From Dimorphilus gyrociliatus (taxonomy: Eukaryota > Animalia > Annelida), in assembly GCA_904063045.1 (NCBI GenBank), contig CAJFCJ010000043.1, forward strand, positions 107,501 to 171,500: a DNA stretch of 64,000 nt, given 5' to 3'. Below the pieces are notes generated by a model. It made no database searches. It was not told the origin of the DNA and worked only from the letters and a program-made list of their open reading frames with translations. Below are positions 36,176-51,100 of the stretch, piece by piece. The first letter of the stretch is position 1. The number at the start of each line of letters is the position of its first letter. The position numbers and the translations under genes are program-made.

Positions 36176-39100
36176 AAACTGATTCTACACTTAAACCAAA
36201 GTATGAAATCTCTCAATTAAGAATGGTTTTCAGACAGTTTTATGGTCCGAATCATCCAGTTAATGGTGGTTATTTTTCTGGAGATAATTGTCAATCATAT
36301 CTAAAGTTCAACTTTGGTAGGATAGTCAAAATGAAAAGAATAAAGATAGAAGGTGCTGGAAGATCAGGAGATTCATGGATAAAATACTTTTATATATATA
36401 TGAGCAACAATTCAGATTCACTGGACACTGTACGAACAATGGATGGAAGTCGTCATGTAATGTCTTTTGAATTTCAAAAAAAAAAGAAAAATAATAATTT
36501 ATTTAATACTTTTCTGTTTTGTTTCTTTTTAGAAATTTCGTGGAAATTTCAACAAAATAACAGTTACTCAAAATTCATTTAATCCTCCAATAATAGCTCA
36601 ATACTTGAAATTTTTGTCAGAATCTTGCGAAAAAGCATTCTCTGTTCGATTGGAAATTTATGGTTGTAATATAACTAAAACATACATTGATCGTACAAAA
36701 CCTCTTGGTTTAACAAATTTTTATATATTACATTCTCAAATGATAAATAGAGAATTGGACAATTTGGAATATGGAATACATGAGATTAGGCTTAGTTGTG
36801 AATCAGATTTTCAAAATAGAGGCTATTACTTTGCCAAATCAATGTGGCAGTTTGATCTTGGAATAAAGCATAATATAGTGAAAATTTTTTTGCGAGGTTC
36901 CTGCGTATCTGAGAATCACATGAAGAGTTTTCAGGTAAAATATACTGATGATCCTTTGAAATGGTTTGATGATAAGGCAGCAAATGGACAAATTAGAAAG
37001 TATTTTGCTCAAGATAAAAATATCCTCTCAGAAGTACAATTTTATGAGACAATTACTGCTCGTTACATAAGATTTACACCATTTAGTGCTGCTGCAGATA
37101 TTAGAATGGAATTGTATGGCTATCCCTGGGAACATCCGAAATTGATGAAAACCAAAAAATTCCCTAAAACAACTACTGCATCATCAGAGAAAAGTTCAAT
37201 TAATTCTCCTGAAATGGCATTAAATACAAAACAAACATTTTGGTGTAAAGAAGACAATGATTTAAATGGTTGGTGGTCAGCTGATCTAGGCTTAATATAC
37301 TACATAGAGAGGATTATCATTTTCTATAGAGAAAACCTGTCGAGAGATGTTTGTAGTGATATTTCAGTGTTTGGATCTCAGAATAATGGAACAAATTTAA
37401 TAAAAGTAGATCAGGTAAGAATTTTTGACAAATTTTAGATTGATTTCTTACTAGAAACAATAATTTTGCTACTGTTGAACAAAAGGAAATAGCATGTTCA
37501 TTTGAAGATAATCAGACAGCAATCTATTCATCACCAGCCTTACGGTTTAGATATATTCGTCTAGACTTTAAAAATGGACCAAAAGAATGCATTAGATTTG
37601 AATTATATGGTAAAAAAGCACCAATATGTCCTCCAGGCTCTCTAAGACATTTAGACAAGTGTTACATGATTTCTGAAATGGTAACATCATTTGAGAAGGC
37701 CTTAAAATTCTGTCAATCAGGATTTTATTGGAAAAGTGAAGGTTTTCTTGTAATGCCAAAGAATACATTTGAAACAGATTTTGTTAAAAGACATTATAAA
37801 TTACAGTAAATATACTTTTTTTATATAAATTTTTCATTTTAAAATTTATTAAACTAATAATTGAAAACCTTAATAGAAAGCTAAATCATGGAATTTACAT
37901 TGGTGTTAAGCAAATTTCATTAAATAACTTTGTCTGGCTGGATGGAACACCTGTAACAAACTATTTACTTTTTGAAAGCAACTTCTCTCCACATATTTCC
38001 TATCCTTGCTTAATAAGGAGAGATTTCTTTAAGAAGAGTAAATGTCAGGAAAATGGTTACGCAATGTGTGAAACAAAAGCAAACTGTTAGATTCTTTTTC
38101 CCTTCTTATATTTATTTTTTTCAATATTATCTATATTCATTAAACAGTACCAGATAATTTGGATGATTTTAATGATGAAGAGAAATGTCAGCCTACATGG
38201 TTTCTAATGCCACATCATAGGTTGGACATTCAACTTTCCATTGGTGTTCTCGATGTAACAAGTATGGGAAATTGTTTAGCCTATTGTCTGTCTCACAAGA
38301 CTTGTAAGTCAGTCAGTTGGAGATATAGGTAAATAAAAATTGACACAAAGTAGGCTTAATTTTACAAATGATGAGAGATAATTGTTCATAGGTATAGAAT
38401 TCTATCAGAGTGTTATATTTACAATATTACAAGATCAGCACTGAAATATGATAATACAAAATTTACTAAAATATCCAATGAGTTCCATTATTTCGAGCAT
38501 TTCTGTTTAGATAGAAAAATTTCAAAACTTTTACCAGAAGGAAATTTTGAACAAGATGAAAATTTCAATGTAACTGTAACATCCTACAAAACTTATAATA
38601 ACAATTATCGTGATTATCGTCTGGGTTTGTCTATAACTCATTATTACTGTGCACTTTGCAAGCAAACTATACAGTGCTATCTGGAAGTGAATTTTGAAAG
38701 ATTAGTTCAATTGGTAGTATTTACAACATCTGCAAGATACGGAAGCTATACCGAGTATACAAAGACAGCACATTTCTTTTATAAAAGAACTTCATATGAC
38801 CAATGGTTAATTGTTCGAGATGGAGATGGAGATGTTATTGTAAATATAATAAAATAATACATTTTCAAACAATTTATTCTCATTTTATATTCTCTTAACA
38901 GAATTATTCTCTACAAGAAGATAAACACTATTATAATCATAATGAATTTCCTCCTAATCTCTTTTGTAGAGGTGTTAGATTCAATCCAACAACTTATCAT
39001 TCTTATGCCTCACTAATCCTTCAATTATATGGAAGATATATTGAGGAATATGAACATTCACTTTATACTCCAAAATGCAATCATCCACTGGGACTGGAGA

Positions 39101-42100
39101 ATATGAATCGAATACATAGTTCTCAAATAACTTCTCCATCCTTTCTTAATTCTTACCATCCATATAATGTAAGATTAGATTGCCCAAGCTGTTGGATCAC
39201 TAATTCTCCAGAACCAAATGATTACATAGAGATAGATTTAGGTTATATCTATCACATTACAGGTTTTGTTTCTCAAACCTGTAAAAATCAGGAAATTTAT
39301 ATCCTTGAATTTGCTGTTGAATATTCATTATATAGAATTCATGGTTGGCAATTTTACAAAAATGTAAAAAAAAAAATTTTTTTTTATTCGAAAGAAATTT
39401 TTATTTTTTCTTTTTTATTTGTTTTTTCTTTTAATAGAAACTGCTTGTTCGAAATGATTTCAAATTGATAACAAACACGAAAAATCTATTGCTTTTTAAT
39501 GAAACTCTAGAAATGAGATTTATTAGAATTTCAGGGAAAACTTGGGAAGATAAGAGAGGATTACGCTTGGAACTTATTGGATGCATAAAACGTAAAACTT
39601 TATTACTTATTTTTTTTACAAAATTTCTTGTTGTAAAATAATAAACTTTTTTTCTCATTAAGAGCATGACACAATAACCCAAAGTTCCAATGATTACCTG
39701 GAACAAATTATTATTGAAGAAACCACTCTTGGCAATGTTTTATCATTGGACAAGGTCAATGAAACTTCTACTTTATCTTGCCTGGACAATTGGCTATTGC
39801 AACCAAATAAAATAACTATAAACTTTCAAAGAGTTTACAGTATTACAGGATTTGTCATTCTTTCAAATGTAACAAACAATTTGAACTTTACAATAGAATA
39901 TTCATTTGATCTGGTAAACTGGTATACTTATACTTATGGATTCGATTACAAACAATTAAATGTATAATAAGAAATTTTTCTAATATTTTCTTTTTACCTA
40001 TAACTTTGCATTTGTCTTCCATTTTTAGTCAACTCATCATATTCTCTTATCTAATCCAATTTTGACTGTTTATTTATCATTGACTATTCAAAGCACAAAT
40101 CAATATACTTGCTTAAAAATTCATATTAATGGTAAAAAACATTCAGGTATGATTATGAAGGTTTTGAATTTGATACAAAATATTTTATTTAAAAATATCT
40201 ACTTCTTCACAATGTCCTCCAGGATACTTCCTCTTCAACACAAAATGTATTTCCTATCCTTATTCTGTACCCTTCTCATACGATGAAGCTGTTGAACAAT
40301 GCCAAGGTATACCATGGAGAGGTCAAGGACGAATAATTTCACCAAAAAATGATGAAGTTCTAAATGTATTTCTACAAGGATTTTTCAAAAAGTAATTCAA
40401 TCACCTAGGTTGAATTTTTTTAAAATGAAATATTTATAAATAGAAATACACTAAAGACACGTTTAGGATTGAGGAAAATTAGTGGTAAATTCACTTGGCA
40501 AGATGGTAGTCTTCTACCTACAGATGAGGTGACAAAGTGGGATGATTCAAGCACATCTGGCTACTGTGTTGGTTTTAAACCAACTAATGGATTTTGGATA
40601 AAACTATCTTGTAGTAGTGATTTTCTCTTTTCATGTGAAAAGAATGCTGGTATATAAGAAATTTTGTTTTGCTTTTAAAAGAATCTAACCGAATTTTTTA
40701 TAGTTCTATCACCTGAACAAAGAGTTGGTAAATTATGGGAAGTAATTGAATCAGCTATATTAATAACAGCCAGTAGTAATAGTATTATTTACAAAAATGA
40801 CTACAATACAAGATTTGATTGTTTGATGGCTTGTAATGAAGAAATAAGATTAACCTGCATTTCCTTTACCTTTGATACAGCTAGCAAAGACTGTATTCTC
40901 TATTCTGCAAACACTTATACTAAAAATTCTTACCTGAGAATGAATGTCACTGATGTTGATAAGATATATTTTCAAGCTTTCAATCCTGGTAGAATATAAG
41001 ATTAAGAAAGTCTCTAACATTACTTGTTTTGTTTTTTCCTCAGGTAAATGTTCAGCTAGTCTTGTTGAACAGAAATCTTTAGGAATAAACTGGAATGTTT
41101 CTTCCAATTATGATTTATCAAGGGATGCAAGTAAATTACCTCTATATATAAGAGAGGGTTCTTTTGGTTACTGGAGACCTGATGATGCTGATTTAAAACC
41201 ATGGATTCATTTCAATTTTGATGCTGCTGTAACAATATCATATTTCATTTTGCAAGGAACAGGAAAGTTGAGTGACGAAGGATACATAAAATCCTTTTTC
41301 ATAGAATCTGCTTTAGATGGTATCAAATATGAAAATGTCTCATGGGACTACAATGGTGAGAATGTTTTTGATGGACCATTAGATCATATCAGTACAAGAT
41401 TTTATAGATTTCAATCTTCATTCAAGACAAAATCTATCAAATTTAACCTTTTGGAGAAGAGTTTATATTTTGCTATGAATATTGAATTGTATGGTTGCAC
41501 TGACTATATTCCAGACTGTTTTTCCCTAACATCTTCAGATTTTGAAGTTAGAGGAGCTGATAAAATGGCAAAATTAAAATGTTTTGAAGATTGGACTGTC
41601 CTTGGTCAAAAGTTAATGTCAAATGATTCTTGGGAAAAAAGTTGGTTTGATTACAAAAATGGATTCGAAAGTAGTAACCAATTCTGGGCTGGTAATCAAC
41701 TAGCAACCTACTTGACAACTTTCAGAGAGTACAACTGTAGAATTGACCTTTGGACAAAAGATGGAAAACACAGACACAGCGAATTTAAAACAATTCTTTT
41801 TCAATCAGAAATCGAATTCTATACTAGAAGTGTATTGAAATTTTTGAGTGGTAGCTCACCATCCAGTAAATTTTTAGAACCTGCAAAATTTTTTGCAATT
41901 GATAGTGATAATGAAAGATCTTGTGCACAAAATACCCAAACTGGTTGGTGGTTTTTAAATGACAGTTGTTTATCAACAAATTTATTAGCTTCCAATTCAA
42001 TTTGGCCAATTGATCAAACGGATTTGTTCAATGCTTACAATTTTAAAGTGGAAAAATTTCTTTTTAAAATAAAATCAAATAATTCTTGTAAGATAGTCAA

Positions 42101-45100
42101 ATTTTTCATTTAAAAAAAAATCTATTCTCTTTTTTATTATCTATTAATTTATCTAGATAATATTGCTATTGGCAAACATGCTTTTCAAAAGAAAACTGAG
42201 GGCGAAAATGTAGCTAATTTGGCAATTGATGGCATCATTTTATCTGATGCTACTCAAGGATATTGTGCAGTTGGAGAACATACAACTGATCCTTGGTGGG
42301 TAGTCAATTTATTCAAATCTTTCAGAGTATTGGGAATAGCAGTAACAAACAGGAAAGATTGCTGTTGTAAGTTTAAACCGAAAAACAATCTATGAACAAA
42401 CATTTTTCTATCCCAACTGTCCATTCAGCTTCAGAACTCTCAAACTTTAGAATTGGATTGGCAAACAGTTTTTCTGTTACAAACTTTGATTCTTCCTTAT
42501 TTCAACTATGTAAACATTACACTGGAACAATTGGATCTGGCATTACAGAAGAGATAGTATGTGATAATGGGCCAATCATAGGATCTTACCTTGGCATTTG
42601 GATGATTGGAGCAAATCTTAGATTAAGCTTATGTGAAGTTGAAATTAATAGTGAATTAAAATATGGTGAGTATAATTTTTCCCACCATAATAGGGTCACA
42701 TTGAAAGCTGCAGGAGTTGAGAGGTGAATACTCTCTAACTGGCTGGGGTTGATACTTTTATTCTATTTTACTCTGTTAAGAAGAAGTATAGCTAGTATAA
42801 AACTTTTCACAGTGGCCTTTGAAGAAACTGTATACATATATATATTATGAGATAATGTTTATATTAACCAGGTTCAAATAGGATTTATGGAGAATCTTGT
42901 GAATCAGATTCAAATTGTGTTGAACCCTATACATCTTGCCTTCCACAGAATGAACCACAGAATCTCAATGTCTTATTATATTCTTGTCAGTGTAGTGTCT
43001 ACACAATTCGTAAAGACAACATATGCTATAAAGGTAAGTGAGGAATGGAATGGTGTACAATTTCAAACAGTCTAAAACAGTTTCTTATTTCAAAAAAAAA
43101 ATACACAGCTACAGATATTTCATTGAAGCTGATTGATATAGATACGAAATTTATCAGAGAAGAGGAAAGCAATATTCCATTAAGAATTACATTGCAGAAT
43201 TTAGCTGGATGGCCAATTGCTGAAACTACTTTACCAAATACAAACTTTGACTTTACAGCATCACTTTCGGATTCAGATAGCATTGCCAGTGCAAAATTTA
43301 TAAAAAATATATCCTTAGCTTCAAAATCAGGCCTTGAAAAGCAACTACTCAGTAGAGATATAACAAATTCTTCTAAACGGGGTGAAACAGTTTTGAGTCT
43401 GACAGTTACAATGAAATTCCCAATTCATCAATGTTTTAATGAGAGTTTTTTCTGTGGAAATATTTTACAATCTTCAACTAGTGATTATTTAGAATATGAC
43501 AAATCAAATAATGAAAAATGTGTATCAATGTCATCGCTAGTAAATTGTCAACCTGATATAGATTTATCAATATCCAAGATAACACTTAGTTCCGAAGAAT
43601 TTATCTATAGAAGTATCAGTCAAAATCATACTTTTATTATTACTATACTAAACAAACATTCCAATTCTCATGATGTTATACAATTATTTGATACTTTCTA
43701 TAATTATGACATTGAAAGTCTGATTTCAAACAAAACTCATCAAATCAACAGTAAAAATCAAAATTGGCAAAAGTCTAAATTGGATTTAAAAGAAAAGCAG
43801 AAAGGGATTAAAGTTGGTAATACTTTGGATTTGTCAATGAAAATTTTAACACATCTTTCAAGATTTGAATGTGAAGATGATTTATTTGTTTGTTTTCGAA
43901 TTGTTCCATCAAATTTTTCATCATTTAAAGAGATTAATAGAACAGATGATATTTTATGTTTAGATATGGATAAATACAAGAATTGTACACCAGGTAAATA
44001 ATTTCACTTCAAAATAGTTTACTGACTATACTATTTTATCTTTATCTATTCAAATTAGCTATCAGAATCAAGGCAAACATTACTATTCCAAGACAAACTG
44101 TAATAAGAGGTTATAATCAGTATTTACAAACATTTTTGCAATGGACAAACATTGATGAGAAGTTCAGCATTGATTCAGTTCCAATGAACAGATACAACTT
44201 TAATTTCACTGTATTTTTCACCAATGTCAATTTGCAAAGTAATCATTCAAAACCACACTTCTATAGATTTTTGAATTCATCTAGTATTCAGTCAAATCTA
44301 TCTATAAATCAGGAGTTGATGTGGAAATTTATGCATAGGATATATATTCCAAGAACTCAATGCTCAGAGTATAAATTTCTCTGTTTCAAGGTCAGTCCTG
44401 GTGAGGGATCATCATATTCTCTATTTCCTGATGGAAATAGCACATCTTGTACAGATATGGAAACTGTTATAAACTGCATTGGTCTGAAAATAAATGGTCT
44501 TCACTTTGAAATTTCAAACAACAATCTGACTGAAGGCAGTTCCAGTCAATTTTCAGTAGTATGGAGTCAGGGAACAGATGTAAATTATAGAATAAACTTT
44601 ACTGAAATGAATTCAGTATCATGGAATTGGCTTAATGCCAGTCATACAGAATCATTTGGACCAATTAGTAAACATTACTTGGACTTTTTGTACAATAGCT
44701 ATGGCACATACAATGTTACTTTAACAGCATGGAATGAGGTGGCAAGTCAAATACTTTGGCTAGTTAAAGTTGTTGAACCAATACTTGGAAATCATGTTAG
44801 CTTTAAGAGTGACTATGTTCCAAATGAACCACCTTTGCAGGTCTTATGGAAGATTGAATATCAATATCAAACTAATGTGATGACAAAAGATATATCAATG
44901 ACTTGCTTTATTGACACTGGTCACAATGAAACTTTGACCAAAACTGTCATTCTCAACTATGCAAATCTATTGGTCATTGATTATATTTATTCAAAGGATG
45001 AATTAAAAGCAGAAGCAACAATTACTTGTAATAATTCTATATCAAATGTTAAAAGTAATCAAGTATTTTTACTTCAGCAAAATGTAACAGATTTAAAAGT

Positions 45101-48100
45101 GAAATTCAATCATATTCATTGGCCATCATTCAAAAATTTATCACTTGAAATAACCATGAAAAATGGAAGTGATGTTGAATATGAAATTTTGTTTGGTGAT
45201 GATTCAAAAGAGATTTTCAAGAATCCTGAACTTTTTGCAAATGGAAAAGCATTTTATGCAATTCATTCCTATTCTCTTCCAGGTGAATATCAAGCATTTG
45301 TTAGAGCAAGAAATGAATTTTTCAATGACATGGCCTTGACACTTCAACCTATCATCATTCAGAATGAAGTGAAAAAAATTAATTTAACAATTTCCTATGA
45401 AAAACCTAGAAAAGTGAACTTAACTATTAAAGAGATAGACAATGAATTGAATCCAACAAATGTATCATGTTTATTTCAACCTGATGATAATCAACACATA
45501 ATATTTCATAATGTTGATATCAGAAATGGTACAACTCTTATTCATGAATATTCAGAAGTGTTCAATGAAAGGGAGAAGAGAAATTTAACAGTAAAAGCCT
45601 TCTGCTTTAATCAAGTTTCCAATGCATCATTTACCCAAAATTTCATTTTGGAAGAACTAATTTCACAATTGAATGTTTCAATCAATAATTTGTTTTTATC
45701 TACTTTTGAACTGTTCACAATAAACATCACAACTCTTACTGGCACAAATATGAACTTGACATTTGATTTAGGAGAAAATGAAATTTACAATTTCCAAGTA
45801 AAAGGTCCTGGTATGAATTCAATTCCATTCAATTTCACCTACAAGAATCCAGGAGTATTTTGGTTAAAGATAAAGGTGCTTAATTCTGTCAATACCCTTA
45901 CTAGTCAACACCTATTAACAGTTCAAAATAGAATTGTTAATGCAACTTTCTTCTTAATTTATATAGAACCCAGAACAATACTGACTAGTGTCAGGCAATA
46001 TTTTCCATTAATTCTACCTACAAATGTTACCTGTTCAATTGATATTAGCTGGAAAGCTACAATTGTTCATGAACATCAGAATTTATTATTAGGAAGTTTG
46101 GGAAATTTTTTACTGGATGAGATTTATAACCAAAGAAAATTCAAACATTTCAATTTTACTACAAAGTGTTTTAATTTAATTTCGAGTGTTGATTTTTTTC
46201 AAAATGTTACATTTAGAGAAAAAATCACTGATTTGAACTTTTATATTGATAAAGCTGTTGTAAAAGTTAATGAAACTGTTAATTTTACAATTACAACTGC
46301 AACTGGTGACAATATTACGCTGGAACTGGACTATGGAGATGGAAATTCTTTTAGTAGATGGATGACACCGGATCGTATAATAAAAAGCTTAACATATGAA
46401 TATAAAATAGCTGGAAATTATAGTGCAAATGCTATTATGAAGAACAGTGTCAATCAGTTATCTTTCACCATAACTCCAAAGATAATTGTTCAAGTACCAA
46501 TCTTTGAATATACAATTAAGGCACAGTACATTGGAAGTTTAGATGAACAGCCACTAAACTTTTCAATTAGTGTTAACAAAGATTTACTTGCTCCTACAGA
46601 TGTTTTCTGTTTCTTTCAACCAAAGTTGAATGAAGTGAATAGTAAATTTTTCTATCAACCAGAATTGACAAGTTTAAAATCATTGACTTTTAGTCATTAT
46701 TATTTAAAAGATGATATTGGAAGAAATATTTCAGTAAATATAACATGTAAAAATCTTGTTAGTGAATTTGAAAAAATTTTTAATGTAACAATTTTTGAGA
46801 AAATAAGAATTTTACAGTTGAAACTTAACAAATTGGCTTATATGAGAATGGAAAGTGTACCTTTAGAGATAACAGTTCGAAATGGTTCGTCTGTTATCTA
46901 TACAATCTATCAACAGACATTGTCTATTATAAGGGAGAGACACCCAAATTTATTTGCTACTGATCAATCATTAATCAGTTCTTTGGAATTTTCAAATATT
47001 GGAAATTATTCTGTAACAGTTGTTGCAGAAAATGAAGTAAGCAAAGAAAATGAAACAATTACAGTGATCATTCAGAACAAGATTGAAAATATTTCTCTTG
47101 AAGCAAACAAATCAATATTATGGACACCAGGAGTTATTTCATATAGGCTTTATTCTGAATCTACTCAAGACATTCTTAAAGATGTTCACTGCTCTTTTAA
47201 TTTTGGTAATGGTATGTCTTCAGAGAAATTTATACCAGTTTGGCTACCATTTACATCATTTGCATATGATTTTTACTTTCCAAGAACTGCTATTGGCAAT
47301 TTAACAACCAATCTGGTTTGTAGCAATTTACTATCAAACAAACAGCTGAATACAACAACAGAAATTATTTTGGATGCTGTAATACTAGAAGATATAAGGG
47401 ATAATGGAACTGTCCTATTGACTAATCAAACAACTATTATAACTGAAATTAAAAGAATGGGTACAAATTCCTGTTTTATCTTTGATCTTGGTGATAAAAA
47501 TTCAACAAAATTAGCATTTGGAGTTAATGATATTTGCAGAGATTATGCATCTGATAGACTGATAACTTTTACCAAAATTCCATATCAACAAAATATCATA
47601 ATTTTCAATCATATTTATGAAGAGATAGCTTACTACAATGTCAAAGTTCATGCTTTCAATCATATTACAAATGATGAGAAGACTGTTAGAACACGTGTTC
47701 TTGATTGGTATTGCTATAGTCCAAATGCATCTGTACCAACTGAATACACTTTTCCAGATAAACCACAAAGGTTGATGAAAAGTATACAATTTGAAATACC
47801 AGTAAACATCAGTTGGGATTGCATGAAAACTGATAAAGTAATATACCAATGGAAAGTCTTTCAGTTACCAACAAATTCTCTGACATTTCAATCAACTAAT
47901 AAAACTTTGCAAATAAAAGAAAGACAACTTGAATATGGCAGTTATAGAGTGGAATTTTTCATATATATGCTCAACAATCTGGATGCAAATAATGCATATG
48001 AATACTTTTTTGAAATTATACCAACTCCACTACATGCAGAAATTCTAAATGGAAATTGGACTAATGTCGAATATGATATCAACCACACTGTCAATGCCCA

Positions 48101-51100
48101 AATACTCAGCTATGATCCTGATAATGATATTGATGATAAATTGAAAGGTATTACTTTTCAATGGCATTGTAGAAGAGAAGATGAACAATTATCTTCATCC
48201 TCAAACATTGTGAAGAAAGGAACAAATTTACAAGATGTTCCACCAACTCTAAAAGAATTCAAAGACAATGGTGGATGTTTTGGAAATGGTCCAGGTTATA
48301 TTGATAATGAATCTAAAGGCATATTAACTGTCAATACTTATTACATGATACCAAATACAACATATGTTTTAACTGTAAAAGTTCTATCAGACATTGGAAA
48401 TAGAGAATCAACTTTTGAGCAGGTTCTTTATTTGAAATTGACCTCCAAACCACTACTAAAATTAAAGTAAATTCTTTTCTGTATAATGTTTCATTTTAAC
48501 TTTTTTTTACCAATTTTTTTAGATGTGAAAAGAATTGTTTAGACAAAGCTGGACTTTCATCATCAACAATTTATCAAGTGGTATGTTTGTCAAAGTGTTC
48601 TAGTTTGTACTGGAAAATTGTCTATAATTGGAAAGTGTTTGTCAATTTGAACGAAACATGGACTATTGTTAATGATTTACATGATAGAGTTATTGGAAAT
48701 TTATCCTGGAGTATGATTGAAATCAAGGAACAATCACTTATTCCTGGAACTTATCATAATTTAGTTGCTGAGGGTAGAATGGAAGAAATTGGTGGTGAAA
48801 CAGGCTTTTCAAATATGACTTTCCTTGTAAATAAACTACCATCAGGTGGAAAGTGTTATTGTAAACCTAATGCTGGTTTTGCATCAATTACCAATTTTGA
48901 GATAAATTGTCCAGGTTGGAAAGAATTTGAAAAGGCTATTGATTCACCAGGTTTAAATTATCGATATAGAGCTAGGCCTAAAGGAGCAAAGACAAGTCTT
49001 CTTTTGTATTTTTCATTCCAGGAAGAGCCTGTCTATGTTATGTTACCTGTTGGCGATCCAAGAAACCAGATAACTGAAGCACTAGTCACTATAATTGATT
49101 CTGTTGGTGATTCTTTTGATTTTATGTTTGAAGTTCAGGTTCAACCACCCCCAGAACCTGAGGAAAAGTTGCTAGATCTGGTTATAGATGTTGTTTCGGG
49201 TGGGCTTTTAAATCAACAATTAAAGAATGGTAACTACACTCAAGTGTCATCTACTATTTATTCAGTTGCATCAATACTCAATGCAAATCTTAATAAATCA
49301 TTAGAGAAGACAAATAATGAAACAGAAAATGAAATAGCTCAAAATGCATGTGAAAAGAGAATAAAGAGAATAAAGGCAAGAAAACAAATGATTGATTATT
49401 CTGTAAATGTTCCTTTTAAATCAGTTGATGAAATGGAACAAAATAATGAATTGATTAATTCTCTAGTATACAAACCAAAAGAAGTAGACATTGGATCACA
49501 GGTATTAAAACTCATTAAAAAGTAAAAATTCCAATCACATTCTCTTCCTTTCCAGATGATTGTCACTGATCAAATAGGCAAGCTAAACAATGTCTTAAAT
49601 ACAGAACAAGTCCCACCAAAACTGAAGAAACAAATATCAATAAGTATGAGAATTGATAGAGTAAATGATGAAACAAATAAACATTTCTTTTACAAAACTA
49701 GGCCTTCTAGAAACCTGTATACTTACAACTACAGCTGCTGACGCCTATAAAGAAGATGCAGAAAAAGAGGAACAATACAAACTTGAAAAAAATAATACAA
49801 AGTTTTTTTGTGACATCATTTCCAAAACTAGAAATCTAACAACAATACTCAATACCACAAATAATAGCAGGCAATCTTTGAATACAACTAGTGGAAAATT
49901 GGAAAATGTTATGACAAAAGTTATTGGAGTTATCAACAATGTTACTGATGAATTGCTATTTGAACAAAAAGAGGATGAACCAGCATTGAACATTGAATTT
50001 GAACAGATGAGTATCAATATTGAGAAAGCATCTATTAATAGAGTGAAGGAAAGCAGTTACAATTCAACTTTGGTTAGTAGAATTGAACTCTTTTGACAGT
50101 GAAAATAATTCATGTGTGACTAAAAGATTAATCATGTCCAGTATTAATCCATATATGTGGGACAAGTCAGCAAACAATGTAACATCAACAGTAACTGAAT
50201 TTATTGTTCAACCTTGTAATGAATTAACAAAAACAGCCACCAGAAAGAAAAGAAGTATTCATGAACAATCTACAACCAACTTTTCCTTAACTCTGAACAT
50301 GAAGAACAAGGGCCAAGATGTTCAGTATGTAAACACAACCAAAAAATCAGCCATCCACATACTTAATGCAACAAAGAATATCCTGCTACTCAGTTTTAAC
50401 CTAAAACCTACAGATGTGATATCAGTTCTGATTGGTTTTGACAAGAGACCAGTTAATGATCTGAATAATGGATCTTTTATTGTTCCAAATTTAAACAAGA
50501 CCTGTTCTACAAATCTTAACCAAAATGATTGTGATGAATATAAAAGAACAATTATGATTAAACCCAGTCAAAATCATAAAATCATGGTTGTTGTCTACTG
50601 TTCAAACTGTTCAGATAAACTACTCAATTATAGTTTAAAAATTGCTTACCCATCATGCAAAGTATGGAGGGATGATAGTTGGAAAGAAGATGACAATTCC
50701 TGTAAAATTGACAAACAAACAACAGTCACCAAAGCAAGATTTACAAGTAATCTATTTGGAAGTTTAGGAGCTGGACTAGATCTTGCACCAAATCTTATAG
50801 ATTTTGATACAGTATTTGATGACTTTGCTAGTAAACTGGCTGATAATGCAGCAGTATTTGGAACAGTTTGTTCACTATTTGCCCTCTTTATTCCTTTGGC
50901 AATATTGGTACGAAAATTAGACAAAAAGGATCAATTTCTGTGGACACCAATGCCATTGTTGGACAATTATGAAGAAGATAAACATGAATATGAAGTACAT
51001 ATCCACACTGGGAGTAAAAAGGATGCTGGCACTCAGTGTAGAGTTAATTTAACATGTTATGGGAGCCTTTGCAACACTGGTAATCGAGTTCTAGCTTCCA

